A stretch of 31,380 bases of DNA from Bacillota bacterium. Its GTDB lineage: Bacteria > Bacillota > JAAYKD01. Below are positions 19,126 to 28,202 of the stretch, one piece after another (the first letter of the stretch is position 1; each line of letters starts with the position of its first letter). A program made the position numbers and the translations under genes. The DNA lies in assembly GCA_963666425.2 (NCBI GenBank), contig CAXXTX010000015.1:1-31380 (forward strand). The letters run 5' to 3'. The notes under the pieces were generated by a model. That model searched no databases, had not been told where the DNA came from, and saw only the letters and a program-made list of their open reading frames with translations.

Positions 19126-20802
19126 TTAAATATCCAGAATAACCGGCAGCACCATCGGTCTGCGCCTGGTTTTCTCAAACAGCATTTTCGATACGGCATC
19201 CTTGACGAGACCGCGGAAAAGTGCCGGATCGTAATTCTTCATATCCGTTGCCCGCACAAAATCGGCCAGTTTTGATGTCACATCATCAATCAACGCTTCC
19301 GATTCTTTGGTATAAACAAAACCGCGGGTAATCAGTTCGGGTAAGCCCACCAATTGTTTGCTGCGCCGTTTCAGGGCCAGAGCCACAATCACCACGCCAT
19401 CCTGCGCTAACAATTTCCGGTCTTTCAGCACCACATTGCCGATGTCTCCCACACCCAAACCGTCCACCAACACTTTTTCAGCCGGCACCCGATCGGTAAT
19501 GGCGGCGCCCAGGTCGCTGAATTCTAAGACTTCACCGTTGGTCAGAATGAAAATATTCTCATCCAGCCAGCCCAACTGCTCAGCCAGATATTTATGCTGC
19601 ATCATATGGCGCATCTCGCCGTGAATGGGGATAAAATACTTGGGATTGGTCAGCGACAGCACCAGCTTCAGCTCGTCCTGTCCGGCATGCGAACTGATAT
19701 GATTGCGCGAAATTAGATCATAAACCTGCTCTGCTCCCTGACGATAGAGCATATCGATGGTGCGAATGAAAGTTTTCTCAGTGCCGGCATGATACGAACC
19801 GGTCAGAATGACCGTGTCCTCTTTTTCCAATGGAAAGCGCTGACCGCTCTCACCGCTTAAGGGGCTCAGATAAGGCTCGCCCGGAATGGAAGCCAGTAAA
19901 ACGATGCCGGGTTTGCTTTTGACATTGCCGCGGTGATTCTTATTCTGTGCCGAAGCCACATTACGGCGGCTGTAGGTCAGACAACCGGCGCTCTCCGCCC
20001 GCTCCATCACATTCAGCAGTTGCTCGGTTGGAATGGAGACGCGGCGGCCGGTTTCTTCAGCGATGGTCAGCACCTGCTGCACACGCACCAAATCGGTGAT
20101 ATAGAGATGGATGATCACGCGCCCCGCCGCATGACGAATCATGCCGGAGAGCTGGTCGCCAATTGCTTTTTCCGAAAGCGTGCTGCCCATGTATTCCGCG
20201 TTGACAGAATCGGAAAGCAGAACCAAAACCCCTTCGCGGCCTAAGGTGCCAAAACGATCCAGATCGGTGCGTTTGCCATCCACCGGCGTATAATCAACTT
20301 TAAAATCACCGGTATGAATAATCCAACCCATCTCGGTTTTAATCGCCACGCCACAGGCATCGCCGATATCGTGATTGACATGAATCAATTCACAGAGCAT
20401 CTGTCCCAACATAAACGGTTTGCCGGCTTCGATGGTATTCATCTGCACCGGTTCGAAATAATCATATTCGTTGAGATAAAAACGCGCCATTGCTAAAGTC
20501 AGCTTGGTGCCGTAAACCGGCAAATTGAGCTGCTCCAGCAGATACGGCAAAGCGCCGATATGATCCTCATGACCATGTGTTAAGATCAAACCCTTGATCT
20601 TATCCTGGTTTTCCAGGAGAATACTGACATCCGGGATGACAACATCAATTCCCAGCATACCATCTTCCGGCATAGCGGAGCCGGAATCGATGATCACCCA
20701 ATCGTCTCCCACACAGACGATCATCATATTCTTACCCAACTCACCCAAGCCGCCCAACGGGATTAATTTAATACTTTGACCAATAGACATTTTTACTTCC
20801 AT
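19126..20802 (-). CDS. rnj: Ribonuclease J (divergent)
   Basis: LIPLGGLGELGKN, THGHEDHIGA, HTGDFK.D, HISSHA, PIHGE.RH, VDGLGVG, KTRRRPM. Confidence 0.9.
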   Translation of the reverse strand: MEVKMSIGQSIKLIPLGGLGELGKNMMIVCVGDDWVIIDSGSAMPEDGMLGIDVVIPDVSILLENQDKIKGLILTHGHEDHIGALPYLLEQLNLPVYGTKLTLAMARFYLNEYDYFEPVQMNTIEAGKPFMLGQMLCELIHVNHDIGDACGVAIKTEMGWIIHTGDFKVDYTPVDGKRTDLDRFGTLGREGVLVLLSDSVNAEYMGSTLSEKAIGDQLSGMIRHAAGRVIIHLYITDLVRVQQVLTIAEETGRRVSIPTEQLLNVMERAESAGCLTYSRRNVASAQNKNHRGNVKSKPGIVLLASIPGEPYLSPLSGESGQRFPLEKEDTVILTGSYHAGTEKTFIRTIDMLYRQGAEQVYDLISRNHISSHAGQDELKLVLSLTNPKYFIPIHGEMRHMMQHKYLAEQLGWLDENIFILTNGEVLEFSDLGAAITDRVPAEKVLVDGLGVGDIGNVVLKDRKLLAQDGVVIVALALKRRSKQLVGLPELITRGFVYTKESEALIDDVTSKLADFVRATDMKNYDPALFRGLVKDAVSKMLFEKTRRRPMVLPVILDI

Positions 20803-20951
20803 CCTTTATCTGATTTCTTATACTAAAATCGAATGTTTGTTTCGATTTTCAGGTCATCTGCAACACGACAATCTAAAAAAGTACGCGATATAGATTACTT
20901 CCACAACAGTGCTGCCCTTTCCTTCTTTCTCCCTGTAGCACATTGCAACAC

Positions 20952-20997
20952 AAAAAAGCAGCCGACGAAATTGATTATTTTCATCGGCTGCGCTTTT
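20952..20997. terminator. Intrinsic terminator after the M42 peptidase gene
   Basis: AAAAAAGCAGCCGACGAAA...TTTCATCGGCTGCGCTTTTT hairpin. Confidence 0.65.
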
Positions 20998-21020
20998 TAA
21001 AAATTACGGGCGGCTTGTTT

Positions 21021-22118
21021 TTATAAATCGATGGTATCGATAAACTTTACCTTGGCATACAGATGAATATCCTTGACGATTTGCAGCAGAATCGCCACCG
21101 TGCCGGCTGCGTCATTCAGATCCATTACTTCAATGGGGGAATGAGAATAGCGGCGCGGAATGGTTAAGGCGCCGGTGACAATGCCGTGGCCGGCTAAATG
21201 AATGGCTGCGGCATCGGTATTACCGCCAATGAACACCGTCTGTTGATAAGGCACACCGGCTTTTTCGCAGCACTGAATCAGGATATGCTTCATGATGGGA
21301 TTTAAGAGCATACCGCGGGCACCACTGCCGCTTAAGACCTGAATGGCAGGACCTTTGCCGATGGCAACCGGCAGTTCTTTGATATAATTCACATCCGGGG
21401 TATCACCGGCCGGCATGGTATCCAAAGCGATGGCAAAATCGGGCATCAGCCGATTGCTGACCATGGTCGCACCGCGCAGGCCCACTTCTTCCTGCACTGT
21501 GATCACGCCGTACAAGGTTCCGGCGAAATCGGTGGTTTGCAGCTGTTCAAATAAAACCAACATGGCAGCACAGCCGATCCGATCGTCCAGGGCTTTACCG
21601 CAGACCCGGTCGGTATTCGTGAAACTATGAAAATAAGGCCATTGATAAATGGGATCGCCGATTTTAATCCCCATTTCAGCCACTTCCGCGTCGCTGTTGG
21701 CGCCAATATCGATATAGAGATCGCGGTGCTTGATGACTTCGCTCTTCTCTTTCTCACTCATCAAATGACCGGCTTTGACTCCAACGACGCCAAAATGGCC
21801 GTTGATACCAATCTGTCTGCCCAGTAAAAGGGAATCCACGGTGCCGCCGATTTTTTCAAAACGAATGAAGCCGCTTTTTTCCACGCTCTTGACGATGGCG
21901 CCGATTTCGTCACTATGCGCCGTAATCATCAGGCTCGGACCAGCTTTTTTGCCTTTTTTGACCGCAATCAGATTGCCAAAGGCATCCACTTCCACGGAAT
22001 CGGCCAACGGCAGGAATTTTTCATACAAGGCTTTGACAACTCTTTGCTCCTGGCCGGAAACACCGGGAATCAGCATTAGGTTATTCAGATAACTACGTAG
22101 TTTCTCTTTCATTGACAT
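21021..22118 (-). CDS. M42 family aminopeptidase
   Basis: GVSGQE, AHSDEIG, IDIGA, GKALDDR.G, VQEEVGLRGA, GNTDA, RYSHSP.E. Confidence 0.93.
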   Translation of the reverse strand: MSMKEKLRSYLNNLMLIPGVSGQEQRVVKALYEKFLPLADSVEVDAFGNLIAVKKGKKAGPSLMITAHSDEIGAIVKSVEKSGFIRFEKIGGTVDSLLLGRQIGINGHFGVVGVKAGHLMSEKEKSEVIKHRDLYIDIGANSDAEVAEMGIKIGDPIYQWPYFHSFTNTDRVCGKALDDRIGCAAMLVLFEQLQTTDFAGTLYGVITVQEEVGLRGATMVSNRLMPDFAIALDTMPAGDTPDVNYIKELPVAIGKGPAIQVLSGSGARGMLLNPIMKHILIQCCEKAGVPYQQTVFIGGNTDAAAIHLAGHGIVTGALTIPRRYSHSPIEVMDLNDAAGTVAILLQIVKDIHLYAKVKFIDTIDL

Positions 22119-22188
22119 GCCCTCCTTAAAGGATTTTTTACTTCAGAACTCGAAATAAATGACAACACAACAGAAAGGAGTTTTCAAC

Positions 22189-23127
22189 ATGAAGATTCTC
22201 TCATACCATCCCATGACCAAAGCCCAGACCGACAAATTAAAAAGTTTAGGGGATATCGATCTGACTATTCTTTCGGCAGGCGAAGATCCGATTCCTCTAT
22301 TGAAAAATACGGAAATTTGTTTCTCGGAATCGCGCTTTACCGCCGCTTCGCTGCAGGCTGCCCCCCATTTGAAATGGCTGCAGGTCTCCAGCGCCGGGGT
22401 CAACAATGTTCCGCTGGAGGAACTGGAACAACGTAAGATTCTCTTGACCAACGTACGTGGCATGCACGGCGACTGCATCTCCGAATATGTCTTGGCCATG
22501 ATGTTTGCCTTGAACCGTAAATTACCCTATGTGCTGGAAAACCAACGGGCCAGCAAATGGCAGAAGTTTGGTCAGTCGATGCTGAAAGACAAAACACTCG
22601 GCATCATTGGCCTGGGTGGCATTGGGCAGGTGCTGGCCGACAAAGCCGCCGCTTTGGGTATGCATGTGATTGGCTTGCGCAACAGCAACAAAGCAGCCGA
22701 ACATGTGGAACGTGTTTATCACAATGACCATTTGACTGACTTTATGGCCGCTTCCGATTATGTGGCCGTTTGCTGCCCCTTAACCCCCGAAACCACCGGC
22801 TTAGTCAGCGCAGCAGCCATCGCCGCCATGAAGCCCACCGCTTCCCTGATCAACATTGCCCGCGGTCCGGTAGTGGACGAAGAAGCCTTAATTGCCGCGC
22901 TGCAGCAGAAGCGCATTGCTTCCGCCGCTCTGGATGTCTTCCAGGTGGAACCGCTGCCGGTCTCGAGCCCCTTATGGCAGCTGGACAATGTGATTTTGAC
23001 CCCGCATGTGGCCGGTGACATGGAAGATTACACCGAACGCGCCGCCGCGATTTTTGTAGAAAATGTGGAGCATTATCTAAAAAAAGAGCCCCTGCGTGGC
23101 CTGGTGGATTACAAGTTGGGGTATTAA
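22189..23127 (+). CDS. D-2-hydroxyacid dehydrogenase family protein
   Basis: GLGGIG Rossmann motif, PLTPET, INIARG, AALDVF..EPL, TPHVAG. Start ATG 22189 after GAAAGGAG. Confidence 0.93.
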   Translation: MKILSYHPMTKAQTDKLKSLGDIDLTILSAGEDPIPLLKNTEICFSESRFTAASLQAAPHLKWLQVSSAGVNNVPLEELEQRKILLTNVRGMHGDCISEYVLAMMFALNRKLPYVLENQRASKWQKFGQSMLKDKTLGIIGLGGIGQVLADKAAALGMHVIGLRNSNKAAEHVERVYHNDHLTDFMAASDYVAVCCPLTPETTGLVSAAAIAAMKPTASLINIARGPVVDEEALIAALQQKRIASAALDVFQVEPLPVSSPLWQLDNVILTPHVAGDMEDYTERAAAIFVENVEHYLKKEPLRGLVDYKLGY

Positions 23128-23286
23128 GGGCGAATTAGAACGCGTCAGAGCGGGTTGAGGCGCATGACTAACTCTTTTAATGATATAGTCCTTGCACCAG
23201 GTAGATTGGGGAAAATCTCGCTATGTCTGAATTAAGGTAAATTTCGTACTATGAATAAGCAAAAATCTTGCACCGTATATGAAAGT

Positions 23287-23321
23287 GGCTGCAGCAATGG
23301 AAAATTGCTGCAGCCTCTTTT
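23287..23321 (+). terminator. Intrinsic terminator
   Basis: GGCTGCAGCAAT-ggaaa-ATTGCTGCAGCC followed by TCTTTT. Confidence 0.7.
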
Positions 23322-23362
23322 CTAACTGTTCCTCACTCTGCACTTATCAATGAATCACAAAA

Positions 23363-24182
23363 GCGCAAGGTAGGGAACGGTCTTGACCGTTCCGCACTTC
23401 ACCCTTATCAATTAAATCGTTCTTATCATTCCACACCTACGCGCATCTGCATAACATTCTCAACCGTTCCGCACTTAATTCTTTTCAACTAATTCGTCCT
23501 TTTAATTAATCAAAATAACGCAAGGTAGGGAACGGTCTTGACCGTTCCGCACTTCACCCTTATCAATTAAATCGTTTTTATCATTCCACACCTATGCGCA
23601 TCTGCATATCATTCTCAATTGTTCCGCACTTAATTCTTTTCAATTAATTCGTCCTGTTAATTGATCAAAATAACGCAAGGTAGGGAACGGTCTTGACCGT
23701 TCCGCGTTCTCCAACTTAACGTGCCATTCTTTCTTACGGAGTTAACCTAACTATGCGCAACTGCATAACATTCTCAACCATTCCGTACTTCACTCTTATC
23801 AATTAATTCGTCCTGTTAATTGATCAAAATAACGCAAGGTAGGGAACGGTCTTGACCGTTCCGCGTTCTCCGACTTAACGTGCCATTCTTTCGTACGGAG
23901 TTAACCTACCTACGCGCAACTGCATAACATTCTCAATCGTTCCGTACTTCACTCTTACTAATTGATTCAACCTATTCAATCCTTACCAATGCGCAAGGTA
24001 GGGAACGGTCTTGACCGTTCCGCGTTCTCCGACTTAACGTGCCATTCTTTCTTACGGAGTTAACCTAACTACGCGCATCTGCATAACATTCTCAACCGTT
24101 CCGTACTTCACTCTTATCAATTAATTCGTCCTGTTAATTAATCAAAATAACGCAATGTAGGGAACGGTCTTGACCGTTCCGC
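23363..24182 (+). repeat. Head-to-tail array of 6 identical GTAG-hairpin (REP-like) elements with 155/159-bp period
   Basis: GTAGGGAACGGTCTTGACCGTTCCGC starts at 23370, 23525, 23680, 23839, 23998 and 24157. The intervening sequences are homologous to each other (two types). Confidence 0.93.
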
Positions 24183-24205
24183 GTTCCTCGTTACTCGTCC
24201 CTAAA

Positions 24206-25150
24206 CTAACCGATCGCAACAACCGGCTCACCGATATTGATCGCAAGCGAACTGATAACATACAACACGGTCGCATCTTGCGAAGCAAAATACTCTCCGA
24301 GAACGTTCGCAAAATAATCCCGAATCTCCCCTAGCTTTTGCCCCTTAACAACCAAATCACCCGGTTTCACGGTTGGATACCAACAACCGGTTTGTTCTGC
24401 GTTAGAACCAATCATCTTTGGCAGGATCACGGTGGAACCTAAATTTTCCGGTTTACCCGGCAGTACTCCTAAGTACTTGAGGACATTTTTGACTCCCCGA
24501 AGATACATCCCAACTTCTTCTTCGTTCCATAAGCCACACTGCCCGATTTCCGCTAAAAAGCCCGGAATTCCCGAAGCAGCAGCAGATCCAAAGGATCCGG
24601 TGACCGACATGGAGCCGACAAGAAACTTGATTCCCATCGCGGCCGATGCTTCTTCTGATGTTTTTTGAACATCAGGCTTTCCTGCAAGCGAATAAATCAC
24701 AAAAGGTACCAGTGCTTCATGAATATCTCCGCCATGTAAATCCATATAAAAATCGGCTTGGGAGAAGAGTTCTGTCGTGATGGTATAGGCGATTCGTTCC
24801 GTAAAAGTACCTGTGGCATTTCCGGGAAACATTCTGTTAAGGTTTTTTCCATCATCTGGGCCAATATATTGTGTTTTAGCTAAAAAAGCCCTGACATTAA
24901 CAGGATGCACGATGGCGATTTTACCGCTGATTTCTTCCGGGTTCAATTGTGATGCGAGCCGGATGGCCGTTTCTACACCCGGATATTCGCCGCCATGGGT
25001 TCCCCCGGTAATCACCACTGTTTTCCCCGGTTTTGCACCATTGATTAAGGTAATTGGCATCTCTACTTCACTGTCATAGACTTTTAAGAAACTCTGTATT
25101 TTCTTGCCCTGCTCTACTGAAAGATTTGCTACTTTAAATAAATCACTCAT
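24206..25150 (-). CDS. Succinylglutamate desuccinylase/aspartoacylase (M14-like) family protein
   Basis: GGTHGGEYPG, NLNRMFPG, MDLHGG, AEIGQ and a C-terminal barrel-sandwich hybrid segment. Start MSDLFK chosen on RBS spacing. Confidence 0.9.
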   Translation of the reverse strand: MSDLFKVANLSVEQGKKIQSFLKVYDSEVEMPITLINGAKPGKTVVITGGTHGGEYPGVETAIRLASQLNPEEISGKIAIVHPVNVRAFLAKTQYIGPDDGKNLNRMFPGNATGTFTERIAYTITTELFSQADFYMDLHGGDIHEALVPFVIYSLAGKPDVQKTSEEASAAMGIKFLVGSMSVTGSFGSAAASGIPGFLAEIGQCGLWNEEEVGMYLRGVKNVLKYLGVLPGKPENLGSTVILPKMIGSNAEQTGCWYPTVKPGDLVVKGQKLGEIRDYFANVLGEYFASQDATVLYVISSLAINIGEPVVAIG

Positions 25151-25194
25151 TTTACGCATGCCTCCCATTCCTTATTTTGAAAAAATCCTGAGTA

Positions 25195-25515
25195 TTTCAC
25201 ATGAAATACCATAGTCCAAACCGAGAATCGAGGGATTTGGTAGAGATCAATACAACTTTTCTTTCGGCAGGCGAAGATATGATTCCTTTATGAATAGAGA
25301 GGAAATCGTTCCACTGAATTTTATTTTTGAGTACTCTGGAGCAGTTTAACCCTATGTGATTCTCATTTTACCAGATCGATGGCTTCGCCACACCATTAAA
25401 TCCACGCTTTACCGTGGCTTCGCTGCAGGTTACGCCGAAATTGAAATGGCTGCAGTTCTCCTGCGCTGGTGTCAAAAATGTTCCGTTAGAACAATTGGAG
25501 TAGCGCCGATTGCTC
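25195..25515 (+). pseudogene. Decayed copy of the 5' part of the D-2-hydroxyacid dehydrogenase gene
   Basis: 20-nt exact match TTCTTTCGGCAGGCGAAGAT (25259-25278 = 22268-22287). 25405-25511 aligns with 22333-22440 (RFT.ASLQ..P.LKWLQ.S.AGV.NVPLE.LE) and contains a stop. Confidence 0.8.
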
Positions 25516-25535
25516 CGCCACACTGGAATATTCAT

Positions 25536-25851
25536 AATTGGTCAGAGCTATCGATTTTTTTAAATACTCACCTGAAGTGCATAAGTTGATCTATTCTACA
25601 AGCACGGTTGAAAGTTAGCATCGTCAGCTGCGAAAAGTGACAAAAGTGAAAAGCAGATTTCCTAATGATGAAGCGTTGCAGAAAATGCTTTACCTTGCTA
25701 CTCAGGATGTTCTCAGGAAGTGGTCTAGGCGCATTCAAAACTGGGGCCAGATTCTCTTACAATTGTCGATTTATTTTTCCGGATAAGGTTTCATCCTATT
25801 TGCAGTAATGTTTGTTCTGGTAAGCAAAAGCACAAAACTCTTGACAGACCC
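25536..25851 (+). mobile_element. IS256-family remnant (transposase C-terminus and right end)
   Basis: Conceptual translation NWSELSIF/FKYSPEVHKLIYSTSTVES*HRQLRKVTKVKSRFPNDEALQKMLYLA...W...NWGQILLQL. Ends in CACAAAACTCTTGACAGACCC, typical of IS256 right ends. Confidence 0.85.
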
Positions 25852-26079
25852 CAACAAAACCCAATATACCACTCGGGCTGCTCCTAAGCATTGCCCTATC
25901 TAGTTTAGGAGTAAACGCATTATTATGATGCCACCAGGAGAAATCGTTGTCACTCAATTAGAATGGAATTCTCTCCCGTTAGGCTGGTGCTGTTTCACCG
26001 AGAGCGCGGAGTTAATCTGCCGTTTCAATGGAGTTGTACGTACGTGCCCGTGGTGTTTAGGTCTCGTAATTTACACTGT

Positions 26080-26185
26080 GGCCAGATTCTCTTACAATTG
26101 TCGATTTATTTCCCGGATAAGGTTTCATCCTATTTGCAGTAATGTCTGTTCTGGTAAGCAAAAGCACAAAACTCTTGACAGACCC
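26080..26185 (+). mobile_element. Second copy of the IS256 right end
   Basis: Near-identical ~106-bp direct repeat of 25745-25851. Confidence 0.85.
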
Positions 26186-26229
26186 TATTCTTACCTCTTC
26201 AGATCTCTAAACTAGCTTTCATTTTTCAT

Positions 26230-26817
26230 TTAAGGTTTAACCTTTGTTTTTGAGGTAATAGAGTTACTTCTTTTATCAAATGTCTTGTCAATATATGTAT
26301 TTGGCTCAACTTTAAAATCATCCCATTTCACCAATACACAATACCTATCTTCTTCGGTCCAACAGCAGCCACTATCTTTTGGAATATAATAATTATAACT
26401 AAATTCTTTAACCACGGTATCATCATTTATATTCACATAATTATGAACTCCTCCGCAAGAGCTACATGTGTATTCACCTTTATATATTTTTTCATACATG
26501 GATGGTAAAACAACTCCTAGAATTCCATTTTTTGTGTTATTCTTCCCATTATAAAGAGAGGCTTGCAACTCGCGTTTTATATAAGTTTGGTCTTCTAACC
26601 AATTATTTTCAGAACTACAATTTCCAATTAAATGGATAGTTACGGTTGAATCTGAAAGGTAATCTTCTCTTATCTTTCTCATGATATAATCTTCATCGTC
26701 TGAATCAATTGCCTCATTTAATGATTTATCAATCATATCAATACTCAAATCGCTTTGTATCTCTTCTTTATAGGAGATATCTTCTGTCTTAAACGAAATG
26801 AAACATTTGTGAGCCAT
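26230..26817 (-). CDS. TIR domain protein, Thoeris ThsB-like (DUF1863/MTH538 type)
   Basis: HKCFISFK, IREDYLSDSTVTIHLIG, YIKRELQASL (TIR catalytic-Glu position), NGILGVVLP. RBS GAAGGGGG; intact ORF. Confidence 0.85.
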   Translation of the reverse strand: MAHKCFISFKTEDISYKEEIQSDLSIDMIDKSLNEAIDSDDEDYIMRKIREDYLSDSTVTIHLIGNCSSENNWLEDQTYIKRELQASLYNGKNNTKNGILGVVLPSMYEKIYKGEYTCSSCGGVHNYVNINDDTVVKEFSYNYYIPKDSGCCWTEEDRYCVLVKWDDFKVEPNTYIDKTFDKRSNSITSKTKVKP

Positions 26818-26840
26818 AATTTCTAATCCCCCTTCATTTT

Positions 26841-28054
26841 TTATATTATATTCTTAAGCTCATCTATTGTATCTATATATGTTTGTTTCTCCCATCCAGC
26901 TCTACAGCTCTCATAAAATTTGACCTGATACTTGTTACAATTCTCGTTATCTCCTAAGCAGAAATAACAAACTGAAAGAGTAGCATACATCCAATAATTA
27001 ACCTCATCATCTCTTAAATTACTTTCAATAATTTCGATGATTTCTTTTTGCACATTCTTACTTTCAAATTTCAAATAATTTATCTCATCATTAGTCAAAT
27101 CTTTCTGTTTTGTTTTCAATAATAAACAATTAGCAAGATTTTCTCCGTTATAAAAATCATTTAGAATAATATAACCTTTTTTGTAATAATAAATCGCTTC
27201 ATTTAAATAATCAAAGTTGTTATTCAATCTATACAGCCTCTTATATATCGCTCCTGTGATACCTAACGTCTCTATATCAAGAGAATTTTTAGGTTCTAAC
27301 TTTTTGATAATATTAAGTGCTCCTTCTAGAGCGAGAGTTTCGTTAGGAATTTTAGATTTATATGTACAAAAAGCCAACTGTTGCACTACATAATCATTAT
27401 TTGGCAATAAATCTACAAGTTTTCTCCATATCAATATAGCTAATTCAAATTGGTCATGACTTTTTAGACTTTCAGCTTGTTCAACTAAACCTGCAATGTT
27501 TTCGCTTTTTCCTTTAGCCTCACTTACTATTTTATCGTATTCGTCATCAGCAAGAGATGGTGGAGATATATGCGGCAAGAAAGTATATAACGGGCTATCT
27601 GATTCTTTCTTTTCACTAGTAAGAACAAACATCTTAAGTTGTTCTCTTATAAGGCGAGCTTCTTCATCATCAAAATCCTCTCCTATTTCTTTATATACGA
27701 GGAAACGTGAATGATTTAAATCAAAAGGGATTCTGCACTGTTTTTCTGCCATAATAATTGTAGAGTAGGGTTTTAGAGCATGCCTCACTCCTAGTTCATA
27801 TATTGCATTTGGATTTAATGTTGTAATATCCGCAATGACTAAATCGGATTTCATTAATAAGGTATACATGCTAACATCAATTATTGAAGAACCTGCTATT
27901 TCGTCTGCTCTTATCAATTCATAATCCTTCATATCTTTTTCAAACAACTCTTAATAACTTTTTTATAAATCTTATCTAGGTCCACTTCTTTTGAGTTTTC
28001 ATAGTCCATTTTTTTCCCAAAACCCATTACTACAAAACAAATCTTTTGACTCAT
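26841..28054 (-). CDS. Nucleoside-deoxyribosyltransferase-like + TPR (DUF4071/MAP3K TRAF-binding-like) protein, with one frameshift near the 5' end
   Basis: ATG 28054 with AAGGAGG gives MSQKICFVVMGFGKK...DLDKIYKKVI. One missing base at ~27951 joins it to ELFEKD...RADE...SDLVIADITTLNPNAIYELGVRHAL...PFDL...DSPLY, then the TPR-like ETLGITGAIYKR...YNGEN...YWMYAT. Confidence 0.75.
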
Positions 28055-28202
28055 TGAAATCCTCCTTATTATTTCAAAATATGAAAGGTTCTATTTCATA
28101 TTAAGCTTAAATTTGAATTCTTCTTTATACTTCTTCTCTTTCTAGTGAAAGAAATATCCAATTGTCAATCGTTTCAGATTAAGGTTGTTAGGTATGAAAA
28201 TC

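Noticed and set aside
23363-24182. CRISPR array
   Set aside because: Spacers are 129-133 bp and homologous to each other; no cas genes are present; the same repeat occurs in both orientations at 1.8-2.9 kb.
25356-26215. ORFs 25356-25589 and 25925-26215
   Set aside because: Off-frame readings across the dehydrogenase ghost and the IS256 remnants.
27955-27966. Programmed -1 frameshift at AAA AAA G in the NDT/TPR gene
   Set aside because: A -1 slip there meets TAA two codons later, before the long frame opens.
26230-28054. Canonical Thoeris thsA-thsB
   Set aside because: The partner has no recognisable SIR2, SLOG, Macro or transmembrane region.
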